IMG/VR virus record: IMGVR_UViG_3300046808_001301
Direction: 5' to 3' (one strand)
DNA length: 64,000 bases
Origin: a virus
Both the position numbers and the translations under genes were made by a program. Below the pieces are notes generated by a model. That model was given only the letters and a program-made list of their open reading frames with translations, had not been told where the DNA came from and did no database searches. Below, in pieces: positions 48,889 to 57,302 of this stretch (position 1 is its first letter; the number at the start of each line of letters is the position of its first letter).

Positions 48889-49905
48889 ATGTTTTTTATA
48901 CTTTTACTCGGAATGAGCGCCTTCATGGTTGCTGGTTCAGCTGCTTATTTTTCTGTATTAGGCATTGCAACATTATTCTCTGGAAGTTACTACCAAGTTT
49001 TAGTAATGGCTGGGTCATTGGAGTTCGGTAAACTTGTGGCCACCTCTTACTTGTATAGATATTGGAATAAGACCGTTTGGTGGCTCAAAATGTACTTGAT
49101 TCTCGCAGTAATAACATTAATGGGAATTACTTCATTGGGAATTTTTGGGTATCTTTCTGCTGCATACCAAGTTAATTCTTCCAAAGCCTCTCAAGTTGAC
49201 CAACAAAGTGCTATGATTCAATCTCAGAAGGATACAATGACTTCTGAGATTGAACAAAATACAAAAAGAATAGAGACGCTTAATCAATTAAGAGCAACCC
49301 AAGAGGAAAGAGTTCAAACAGCAGGAAACTACAAGGCTCCAAGAGAACAAGCTTATGCTGCAATAGACAAAGCAAATCAAGAAATTCAAAAGCTTACTGA
49401 AAGAAATCAATTATTACAAGCTGAAAAATTTAAAAAAGATACAGAGCTAGCTGAAGTTTCTCAGCAGATGGCACACGCCAAAGACATTGGCACGTTTAAA
49501 TTTGTTGCTCAAACAATTAAGAAACCTTTAGATACTGTAGTTATACTTTTCATATGTGTTCTTATTTGTGTGTTTGATCCTTTAGCTGTTGCTCTTATAT
49601 TGGCATTCAATGTTGCAACAAAAGGAAGCGTTTTAAAAGAAGAATTTCCAGAACCAACTTCTACTCCCGAACCAACTTCTACTCCTGAACCAACTTCTAC
49701 TCCAGAACCAACTCTGGATCCAACTTCTACTCCTGAACCAACTTCTACTCCTGAACCAACTTCTACTCCAGAACCAACACTGATTGTAGAGGTAGAGGAA
49801 CAGCAAACAGAAGACCCATATACATTATCTCTAGCAGATAAGTCTAAGACCACGATTGTATCAGGAAAAATTAAAGCTACAGGTAGACTCAAACCAAAAA
49901 GCTAG
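48889..49905 (+). CDS. membrane protein with coiled coil and PTSTPE repeats
   Basis: AYFSV.G...LF.G, LEFGKL, TSLGIFGYLS, VFDPLAV motifs; TAAGTA 8 nt upstream. Confidence 0.75.
   Translation: MFFILLLGMSAFMVAGSAAYFSVLGIATLFSGSYYQVLVMAGSLEFGKLVATSYLYRYWNKTVWWLKMYLILAVITLMGITSLGIFGYLSAAYQVNSSKASQVDQQSAMIQSQKDTMTSEIEQNTKRIETLNQLRATQEERVQTAGNYKAPREQAYAAIDKANQEIQKLTERNQLLQAEKFKKDTELAEVSQQMAHAKDIGTFKFVAQTIKKPLDTVVILFICVLICVFDPLAVALILAFNVATKGSVLKEEFPEPTSTPEPTSTPEPTSTPEPTLDPTSTPEPTSTPEPTSTPEPTLIVEVEEQQTEDPYTLSLADKSKTTIVSGKIKATGRLKPKS
49648..49779 (+). repeat. 18-nt coding tandem repeat about x7 (EPTSTP)
   Basis: GAACCAACTTCTACTCCN units. Confidence 0.92.
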
Positions 49906-50498
49906 CCTTTATGAGCAATTACTGAACCGTATGCTAACCTCATTGAAGTAATTGGAGCAGAAAAGGTAAAATAATTTGGGAGTTCAAACGAAGTTAAACT
50001 TGATGTATTCGAATTTTTGGCTTCAAATAATTGAAATTTAGCACCAGAAACTACAACAACTTTTGTCCAATTGCCAGTATACGTCGATCCCGGAGTTAGC
50101 ACGTCTATGCCGATTAACCCGTTTTGTATGTCTAGTTGTGCTGAAAGTTTTTGTAGCAAAGTTTCTACTTGATCGACGTTTATTTTTAAATCTTCAGTGT
50201 TAAGATCAATCTGAATAGACATTCCAGTAACGCTGTGTAAAAGCGTAATAATTTCATTTTGTTTGCTTGTTTGTATAGAAGTTAATAAATCAAGCTTTGT
50301 GTTCGTCGGAGTTATATCCAATGAAAGCGCTCCAGTTGTTATGCTTATGTCTGAAGCATTAGTAAGATACGTTGCTTTAGCATACAAAGGACGTCCCGCT
50401 CCTTCTACAGGAATCCATGAAAAGGTTTCAGCCATTCCTGCATTATATGTTGGAGGAGCTCCTGGAGTTGCTGTTAGTACTGGTGATAGACTTGGCAT
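49902..50498 (-). CDS. putative structural protein
   Basis: 198 aa, central coiled coil; TAAATA 5 nt upstream. Confidence 0.55.
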   Translation of the reverse strand: MPSLSPVLTATPGAPPTYNAGMAETFSWIPVEGAGRPLYAKATYLTNASDISITTGALSLDITPTNTKLDLLTSIQTSKQNEIITLLHSVTGMSIQIDLNTEDLKINVDQVETLLQKLSAQLDIQNGLIGIDVLTPGSTYTGNWTKVVVVSGAKFQLFEAKNSNTSSLTSFELPNYFTFSAPITSMRLAYGSVIAHKG

Positions 50499-50518
50499 AT
50501 AACTATTTAATCCTACTG

Positions 50519-50546
50519 TTGAAAGTTTTTCTATATATGCTATGAT
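50519..50546 (+). promoter_or_regulatory. sigma70-type promoter (extended -10)
   Basis: TTGAAA-16 nt-TATGAT with TG extension, 6 nt before ATG at 50553. Confidence 0.7.
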
Positions 50547-50552
50547 TTATTC

Positions 50553-50819
50553 ATGATTACTACTAAAGAACAGCTCAAAGAACTTCTCAGCGAATATATC
50601 CTAATCGTCGAATTTAATAAAGCAGATGGCTCCAAAAGAACAATGAAATGCACTCTCATGGAAAATATGGTCAAGCCTCATGTAAAAAAGACAGAAAGAC
50701 CTAAAAAACCGAATGATGACGTATTGAGTGTTTGGGACGTCGAAAAGGATGCTTTTCGTTCTTTTCGACTGGACTCTCTAATTAGTTATCAAAAAATTGA
50801 AGAGGGCTACGAGCTTTAA
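50553..50819 (+). CDS. WYL-like SH3-fold protein (DUF2693-like)
   Basis: VEFNKADGSKRTMKCTL...VWDVEKDAFRSFR. Confidence 0.8.
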   Translation: MITTKEQLKELLSEYILIVEFNKADGSKRTMKCTLMENMVKPHVKKTERPKKPNDDVLSVWDVEKDAFRSFRLDSLISYQKIEEGYEL

Positions 50820-50822
50820 TTG

Positions 50823-53537
50823 TTACATTAGTCCGGGTATTAAATTAGTCTTCTTCTTGATATTAGCAATATCAGTTTTAACTAATTGCATGTCAGTATC
50901 TTGAGCGACTGTGCTAATAGCAGCTTCAACTTGTGGTTGAAGATATTGCAACAAAAATCCGGTATCGTGTACCAGCGAACCTGTTCCTGCACCGGAAGCA
51001 GAATTTGTATCTATAATAGAAACGTTATCATCTCTATACAATCTACCCCCGTTAATTACAACATCAGTTGTACCAGTATTTTGTAATTTTATAGGAGCAA
51101 CAGACGCATTGATTCTATAATTCATTCTATCAATTGGTGAGATTGCACCAAAGAAATTAGCAATACCTTGTGTTGTAGTTATGACATAAGCATAGTAGTT
51201 ATAAATTTCTTGAGCAGTAATTTGATAGGGAGCTTCATCGTCATCTAAATCAATTTGAATGTTTGTGTAATCTGGTGTTAATGTAATTCCGGTAATATTT
51301 GAACCATCGATGTTATTGGCGTTATATACAGCATCTGCAACTTGGTCTGCTCTAAATGATATACCAGCAGCAGTAGCAACACCAAAAGTTTCAAATGGCT
51401 CCAACGCTTGGAGACCTACTTGACATGTAACACGAAGCCTAATGGTATCCCCAGCCACTGCATCTGTTGTACCATACGAACCAGTAGCAGTTATTTTACC
51501 ACTTCCTCCAGTTACATAATTTTCAATTTCATTATCTCCTGTTACGTTAAAAAGCTGAATCGTAGAACCAGCTTCAACATTAGTAACTGTCCAAGGTAAC
51601 ACAGTTTCAGCACCGTATGTACCTAAAATCTCAGCACCATTTAATAACGTAAATGTACCAGAAGATGCAATATTTCCGACAAACTGGGAAGCCTTAATTG
51701 TAATTGTTGTTCCATCAAAAGCAAAAACACTTGCTGCATTAGCATCAACAGTAATGTTATAACTACCAGCATTAATTGTGTTACCGCTTCTACTAACTAT
51801 TGTTGAAGTCTCTCCTATGTAATTGTCGTAGAGGAATGATTTCGCTCTGTCATAAAATTCTTCTGGATTGTCAATTGTTGTATAGGCATCCACAGTTCCT
51901 TTATTAGTTTCTGTTATCGAAGAGTCATCAAAAAGAATCCAATTTACTTGCAATGTATCCAAACCTTTTAGTGCTTGTGTGGAAATTGACAATAAATGTC
52001 CATATGAACAGAATTTAAATGTAAAATCATCTGCACTCGTATTCGAATTAGAGCGTCGATCAACTTTATAAAAACCACCAAACCTATCAGTATCCCAGTC
52101 CGAATACAAAGGTGAAAGATTATCTGTTTCTCTCCAAGTGGTATTAAACGACGGAATATTATATGCAGTCAATGCAGCTGAATTGTTTGTGTTGTACTCT
52201 AAAAATTGTGTAGCTGTTGTGACTTTGAATGTTGGTGTACTCCCACTTAAATCTGTAGTATATGCATATGTTATTGGTTGTGTGTAGTCGTATGTTACGG
52301 AACCATTTGGGTTTAACACTCCTAACGATAGGGTGGGCGCGTTGTAAGTACCGCTAACTGGATCTGGAAATGTTACATTTTTTGCATACTGCGAAGGGTT
52401 ATCTTGGCAATAGATTTTAACCCCAGAAATAGCAACATTTGCATCATTAGTGACGTTTAAAGAAACTTCTTTTTTTACAATAGCAGAACCGAGTTGAGCA
52501 GAGGAACCAGTACTTAATCTCCACAATGATCTAATATTAGACCCATTAGCTGAATTTGTAATAATCCAATCTCTGTGGCAATATGTTCCATTTTGTGAAT
52601 GACCAATATCATAATCATTAGCATTCTTAGACGCATCAAAATTTCTTAATTCTATTTCATAGTAGATTTCAGATAATGTTTCTACCAGTCCAGAGGATTT
52701 CAAAACAAATCCTTTCTCTTTAACACTTCTGAAAGCAGCAATATCTACATTGGCTATTTCAAAATTTCTTACCACTCCTTCGCCCATACTTCTAGTATCT
52801 AAAGTACGTGTTCCGAATAGAGATAAACCATTAATGTTAACAAACCCGCTTAGTGCATTCGGGCGATGAGTTACAATTGTACCACCCCTTGCCCACAAAA
52901 GACCATCAGCACTGACGTAAATACCTCCACCCTCTTCTGTAAAATTGTTTGGAGATGTTCCAGTAATATAAATACCAGTCCCTGTAGAGTACCTAGTTCT
53001 TCCATACAGCGTTATTTCGTTTCCATAGTTATAACAGGCTCTTAAAATAGATTGCCCGTTTGATGGTGGTACTGGTACATCTTTATTCGTGTCTATAGTA
53101 ACGGTACTACTAGTAATCGCTATTACTCTAAACACTATATTATTTAAATTATTTGCAGTATTAGTACCACCTGTATTAGTACTCCTAATCTCTACTGCAT
53201 CCCCAACTTGAAATGGATGACTAGCTCTAGTAAAAGTAAGATTCCCGTCAGCAGCTAATGACCATGCTGTATTATTACCCCAATCAGTGGCTGTTCGGTT
53301 GATATATAAACAAGGTTGAAAAGTATTGTCAAGAGCATCGTGATGAAATAAGACGACTTCTTTTTCCGGATCATGAAATAACGTTCCTTGAACATATAGT
53401 CGGTTTGTTCCAAAATCATAATAGGTTATACCGTCGTCTACTGTTCTCGTAACTCCTGCGTTTCCTGCAAGACCTGATAAATTCAAGTCTCTACCTGTTT
53501 GTGTTATTATTCCTCCCGATGGTGCTGAAAATGCCAT
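50823..53537 (-). CDS. large putative fibre / receptor-binding protein
   Basis: 904 aa, T/S/N/G-rich, short C-terminal coiled coil, last gene of the fibre cluster. Confidence 0.55.
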   Translation of the reverse strand: MAFSAPSGGIITQTGRDLNLSGLAGNAGVTRTVDDGITYYDFGTNRLYVQGTLFHDPEKEVVLFHHDALDNTFQPCLYINRTATDWGNNTAWSLAADGNLTFTRASHPFQVGDAVEIRSTNTGGTNTANNLNNIVFRVIAITSSTVTIDTNKDVPVPPSNGQSILRACYNYGNEITLYGRTRYSTGTGIYITGTSPNNFTEEGGGIYVSADGLLWARGGTIVTHRPNALSGFVNINGLSLFGTRTLDTRSMGEGVVRNFEIANVDIAAFRSVKEKGFVLKSSGLVETLSEIYYEIELRNFDASKNANDYDIGHSQNGTYCHRDWIITNSANGSNIRSLWRLSTGSSAQLGSAIVKKEVSLNVTNDANVAISGVKIYCQDNPSQYAKNVTFPDPVSGTYNAPTLSLGVLNPNGSVTYDYTQPITYAYTTDLSGSTPTFKVTTATQFLEYNTNNSAALTAYNIPSFNTTWRETDNLSPLYSDWDTDRFGGFYKVDRRSNSNTSADDFTFKFCSYGHLLSISTQALKGLDTLQVNWILFDDSSITETNKGTVDAYTTIDNPEEFYDRAKSFLYDNYIGETSTIVSRSGNTINAGSYNITVDANAASVFAFDGTTITIKASQFVGNIASSGTFTLLNGAEILGTYGAETVLPWTVTNVEAGSTIQLFNVTGDNEIENYVTGGSGKITATGSYGTTDAVAGDTIRLRVTCQVGLQALEPFETFGVATAAGISFRADQVADAVYNANNIDGSNITGITLTPDYTNIQIDLDDDEAPYQITAQEIYNYYAYVITTTQGIANFFGAISPIDRMNYRINASVAPIKLQNTGTTDVVINGGRLYRDDNVSIIDTNSASGAGTGSLVHDTGFLLQYLQPQVEAAISTVAQDTDMQLVKTDIANIKKKTNLIPGLM

Positions 53538-53538
53538 A

Positions 53539-55221
53539 TTATGTATAAATCCTTGTTGTTGAAATTAAATTGTCATTACCATCATATGATAATGTTTTGG
53601 TTAGTGTATTACTATTTACTTTGTCAGTAATAGAAATACCAGTCAATAAAGCTGCAGAAGTATATGTTAAAAGTTTCTCAAAAAGATGAGTAGCTTTTGT
53701 ATTGTCTTCGTAAATTTGAACAGACGATAGATCAGTTGTTATAGAATTGTAATTTAATTCCTGGTAATATGTTACATAAGCTGATTTAAACGCTAGATCA
53801 ATTATATCGGACCAACTTGCGCTATTAGTTTGTACTGTGGTATATGTTGATTCCCAATTAGCACTCAATGATCTCATGGCTAAATCTGTACCAGCAGAAC
53901 CATAAGCAGCATTCCAGTTTGCACTATTAGTTTGAACTGTTGTATAAGTCGAATCCCAATCAGATGTTAAAGCTCTTACACCCGTATCTAGAGAACTATC
54001 AACTAGAGCTGACAAAGAAATTGTATTGCTGTTTGAAATTGATAGCTCTTTGTTTGTTTCATTAAAACTCAAAGTTTGAGAATCAGTCTCTGACGTAAGA
54101 AAGGTTGAAGATACTGCTTGATATGCAGTTGCAATATTATATGAGATATTCCAGTTTGCTGAAGCGGTGGAAACGGCCGTATAAACAGAATCCCACTTTT
54201 GAGCATCATTAACGTTTTCCCATAAATTATTAGAAGGATTCCGTCTTAAAATTTGTCCAGCAGACACACTAGTAATCAAAACATCATGAATTTCGTCTAG
54301 CTCGTATCCGTTTTGAATTTTAATATATGCAATACCGCTTCCATTATTTGCTCTTTCGACGACGCCAATATACACGCCGTGTTGAGGGGCAATCGGCTTA
54401 ATAGTCGTAAACGTTCCAGGAGAAGAGCCCAACCAAAGAGTGTCTCCTGGAGCAAAGCCTCCTAGAGCCAAACCATTCATTGAGCCGTTAATTGTAATGT
54501 AACCTGTCCCATTAGGAGGAATTGTCTCGTTAACCACTCCTACTGTTTTTGAAGACATTGCATCGCTGCTGTTTGAGGCTAGCTTTACAGACATTACATC
54601 TCCGTGAGCTCCAAATGTGTATACAACATTTCCTCTTACTAAATTCGTACTTTCAGCGTTTGAAACAAGCGCTATAACAGTTGGAGCTGAGACGTTTAAG
54701 ATACCTGAACCGTCTCCATATATGGCGTTTGAAGCACTTAAGTTGTTTACATAAACAAAATTGGCTGAATGTGAGCTTAAATTAGACCCTATAGCAAAGC
54801 TGTTTTCATGAGAAATTAAATTATTGCTGCCGGCCAATATTGCTGAGTAATCTCCAGCTAATGTAATACTATTGTTATAACCACTTCCGATAAAAGCGAA
54901 ATCCCCTGCAATGTCGTTGTCTTCACCATTGACTGTAGTCGAACCAGCGCCAGAAATGTCATTATTATAACCGCCTAATACAGCTCCAAATACTTGCGTA
55001 ATTGTATTATTTCCATATTGAAAATTAGTCGAGCTTAGAGTTTGATCCAGAGTGTAAGGTACTTGACTGTCATTTGAGAATGAACGAATTGTGTTGTCAG
55101 TTGTTTTAATAAACAACTTCCCGTCTGAAACGTTCATTGCCAATTCTCCTGCACTCAAGGAAGAGACTGACGGCGTAAATCCAGAAATGTCGTTTCTCTT
55201 ATGGAGAATCGTAGAAGGCAT
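53539..55221 (-). CDS. fibre protein (HKR...GELA N-terminal domain, YadA-like repeats, SANW repeats)
   Basis: ILHKR...LSAGELAMNVSDGKLF, GGYNN/GSGYNN repeats, SANWESTYTTVQTN; TAAGTA 6 nt upstream. Confidence 0.7.
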   Translation of the reverse strand: MPSTILHKRNDISGFTPSVSSLSAGELAMNVSDGKLFIKTTDNTIRSFSNDSQVPYTLDQTLSSTNFQYGNNTITQVFGAVLGGYNNDISGAGSTTVNGEDNDIAGDFAFIGSGYNNSITLAGDYSAILAGSNNLISHENSFAIGSNLSSHSANFVYVNNLSASNAIYGDGSGILNVSAPTVIALVSNAESTNLVRGNVVYTFGAHGDVMSVKLASNSSDAMSSKTVGVVNETIPPNGTGYITINGSMNGLALGGFAPGDTLWLGSSPGTFTTIKPIAPQHGVYIGVVERANNGSGIAYIKIQNGYELDEIHDVLITSVSAGQILRRNPSNNLWENVNDAQKWDSVYTAVSTASANWNISYNIATAYQAVSSTFLTSETDSQTLSFNETNKELSISNSNTISLSALVDSSLDTGVRALTSDWDSTYTTVQTNSANWNAAYGSAGTDLAMRSLSANWESTYTTVQTNSASWSDIIDLAFKSAYVTYYQELNYNSITTDLSSVQIYEDNTKATHLFEKLLTYTSAALLTGISITDKVNSNTLTKTLSYDGNDNLISTTRIYT

Positions 55222-55236
55222 CGGTCTTACTTAATG

Positions 55237-55476
55237 TTATTTGTTTTTAAGTCTTTTAATAACAGATGCAGATTCAGATTTGGTAGAAGCGGATTCCTTT
55301 TTTTTCGAGGTAGGTGTTTTCTTTTCAGTAGCCTTTTTAGGCGTTTTTTTAATTAAAACAGGCTCTTCAACAACCTGTTTTGGTTCGTCTTTTACTACTA
55401 AAACAGGTTCTTCAATAATTTGTTCTGGATTGTTTATAAATGCTTTTTGAAAGAAGGTTTTAATGTTGTTCCACAT
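55237..55476 (-). CDS. small Lys-rich protein (start revised to 55476)
   Basis: MWNNIKTFF...; TAAGTA 8 nt upstream. Confidence 0.6.
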   Translation of the reverse strand: MWNNIKTFFQKAFINNPEQIIEEPVLVVKDEPKQVVEEPVLIKKTPKKATEKKTPTSKKKESASTKSESASVIKRLKNK

Positions 55477-55504
55477 ACGGTATATACTTATTGAATTTAT
55501 TTTC

Positions 55505-55538
55505 AAAAGAAAACCTCAGGACTTGGGATCCTGAGGTT
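55505..55538 (-). terminator. intrinsic terminator
   Basis: AACCTCAGGA-loop-TCCTGAGGTT followed by TTCTTTT on the minus strand. Confidence 0.75.
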
Positions 55539-55566
55539 AACTTTTTTTATTTATGAATTATATTCG

Positions 55567-56694
55567 TTAGAATGTTCCGCCATCGATAATGAAATCATGA
55601 ACGTAGTTAATTCCGTTACCATTAAGATTGCCAGTTTGTACTTCTAAATCTCCAGAAGTAATGTTTACGTTATTACCAGTCAAGTCAATATCGCTAGCTG
55701 CAGCGTCTGCATTAATAACGATGCCATAACCATTATCTGTAGCAATTGTATAAACAGCGTTTGTATTGGCAGTAGAAATGCCATTTAAGCCGTAGTTTGC
55801 CTCAACAGACGTAGCACCACATTGAACTACTTTAACATTGGTTCCTTCAACTTCTACGTGAGTACCAGTAACACCGGGATCGAAGTCAATTGATTGAACT
55901 TGTAATTTATCAACAACTGTGACGTCAGCATTAAATGTAGCTAAACCGTCGACGGTTAGTGCTCCATGAGCAGAAACAGAAGAAGCGAATGTTGCAGCAC
56001 TAGTGACGTCCAATGTGCTTTCAAGTGTAGTAGCTCCATTGACAGTGAGAGCGCCAGATCCGTTTGTATGAATTAAACCATTATCAGCACTTAACGATCC
56101 AGTGGCCAAGAACGTACCATCTACGTGTAATTTGGCAGTGGGAGTAGCAATGTTGATACCAACGTTACCACCATCTTTGATTATTAAAGCTGAATTAGCA
56201 TCATCATAAAAAGCAGCAATATCGGTTGCCCCAGTTTGAGTGACGCTCAATGCTGGACCAGAACCGGTATTAGTGATCGAAAACGCACTAGCAACTGTTG
56301 TAGTGGTTTCAATCGACGTAACATCACCTAAAACAGAGAGGTTACCAGTAACAGTTAAATCTCCACTAGCGTTAATATTACGAACGGTAACGTCTTTGTT
56401 TGAGTCAATTACTGTGTCAGCGTTAATTTTGAAGGTATTGGCTTCAACTGTTCCGGTGACGTCGATGTCAGAACTAAAGTACTGAGTATCGAGCCATGTT
56501 TTAGAACCAGTAACGTCTTGAGTTAAAGTACGACTAACAAATGCCCCAGGTCCAGCAATTGGGATTACCCCGTCTTGCCGACCATAGTACAATGTATCGT
56601 CTACTTCGTTAAATGCGAGCTCGCCTCCCGAAAGAGTGCTAGGAGCTCCAGCACCACCGGTTAGACGACGTTTGATAAGAATTGAGTTAAACAT
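55567..56694 (-). CDS. fibre protein (IKRR...GELAFNE N-terminal domain, C-terminal DGGTF)
   Basis: SILIKRR..GGAGAPSTLSGGELAFNE, GNVGINIATPTAKLHVDG, IIDGGTF end. Confidence 0.72.
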   Translation of the reverse strand: MFNSILIKRRLTGGAGAPSTLSGGELAFNEVDDTLYYGRQDGVIPIAGPGAFVSRTLTQDVTGSKTWLDTQYFSSDIDVTGTVEANTFKINADTVIDSNKDVTVRNINASGDLTVTGNLSVLGDVTSIETTTTVASAFSITNTGSGPALSVTQTGATDIAAFYDDANSALIIKDGGNVGINIATPTAKLHVDGTFLATGSLSADNGLIHTNGSGALTVNGATTLESTLDVTSAATFASSVSAHGALTVDGLATFNADVTVVDKLQVQSIDFDPGVTGTHVEVEGTNVKVVQCGATSVEANYGLNGISTANTNAVYTIATDNGYGIVINADAAASDIDLTGNNVNITSGDLEVQTGNLNGNGINYVHDFIIDGGTF

Positions 56695-56763
56695 ATATTT
56701 TTTTTTGGGTTAAAGGGTTGCCTTTTTGAACAACAATATTACTTATTATTTTGTTCTAAATTT

Positions 56764-56922
56764 TTAGAAGGTACCCGCGTCAAAGACATTGTTTTTTATA
56801 TTAACAATTCCTCCTCCAGCCATGGTAGCTAGCGTTACCTCTTTTTGAACAGGAGACGTTGTGTAGATAATAACATCTTCTGGTTTAGCAGACGTTGAAA
56901 TCATAAAAGTAGTATAACTCAT
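56764..56922 (-). CDS. 52 aa protein ending DAGTF; missed by ORF track
   Basis: MSYTTFMISTSAKPEDVIIYTTSPVQKEVTLATMAGGGIVNIKNNVFDAGTF; paralogous to the C-terminus of 56928..57302. Confidence 0.8.
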   Translation of the reverse strand: MSYTTFMISTSAKPEDVIIYTTSPVQKEVTLATMAGGGIVNIKNNVFDAGTF

Positions 56923-56927
56923 AATTG

Positions 56928-57302
56928 TTAGAAATACCCACCGTCAATATTTGGAATAGAATCGCTGATAATGCCAGCTCCTGCCATGTCGTCCAACACA
57001 ATTTCGTCTTTGTTGGTTTTATAAGTAATTTTGTCTGCTGGATTGCCAGATGTAGATATAACAAACGTATCGATGTTTTCTGGCGTTTGTTCTACAGCTA
57101 CACGCAATAATATGTTTGGAGCATTAGAATTAACAAATTGAGCTGCCTGTAAAACTTGGATTAACCGTTGTCTGTCCGCTTCGGTGAATTGAGCGTTCGA
57201 AGGCTGACGCTCAAACCCTTCAGAAGTCACAGGAACGTAGTGTTTTTCATTAGAGACGCCACCATAATAACCATATGCCGCTGATTTGTTTCGTCTTCTC
57301 AT
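56928..57302 (-). CDS. small protein ending DGGYF
   Basis: 124 aa, ATGA overlap with the gp14 stop. Confidence 0.7.
   Translation of the reverse strand: MRRRNKSAAYGYYGGVSNEKHYVPVTSEGFERQPSNAQFTEADRQRLIQVLQAAQFVNSNAPNILLRVAVEQTPENIDTFVISTSGNPADKITYKTNKDEIVLDDMAGAGIISDSIPNIDGGYF

Noticed and set aside
49509-49892. Antisense ORF with VGSGVE repeats
   Set aside because: Reverse-complement shadow of the EPTSTP repeat
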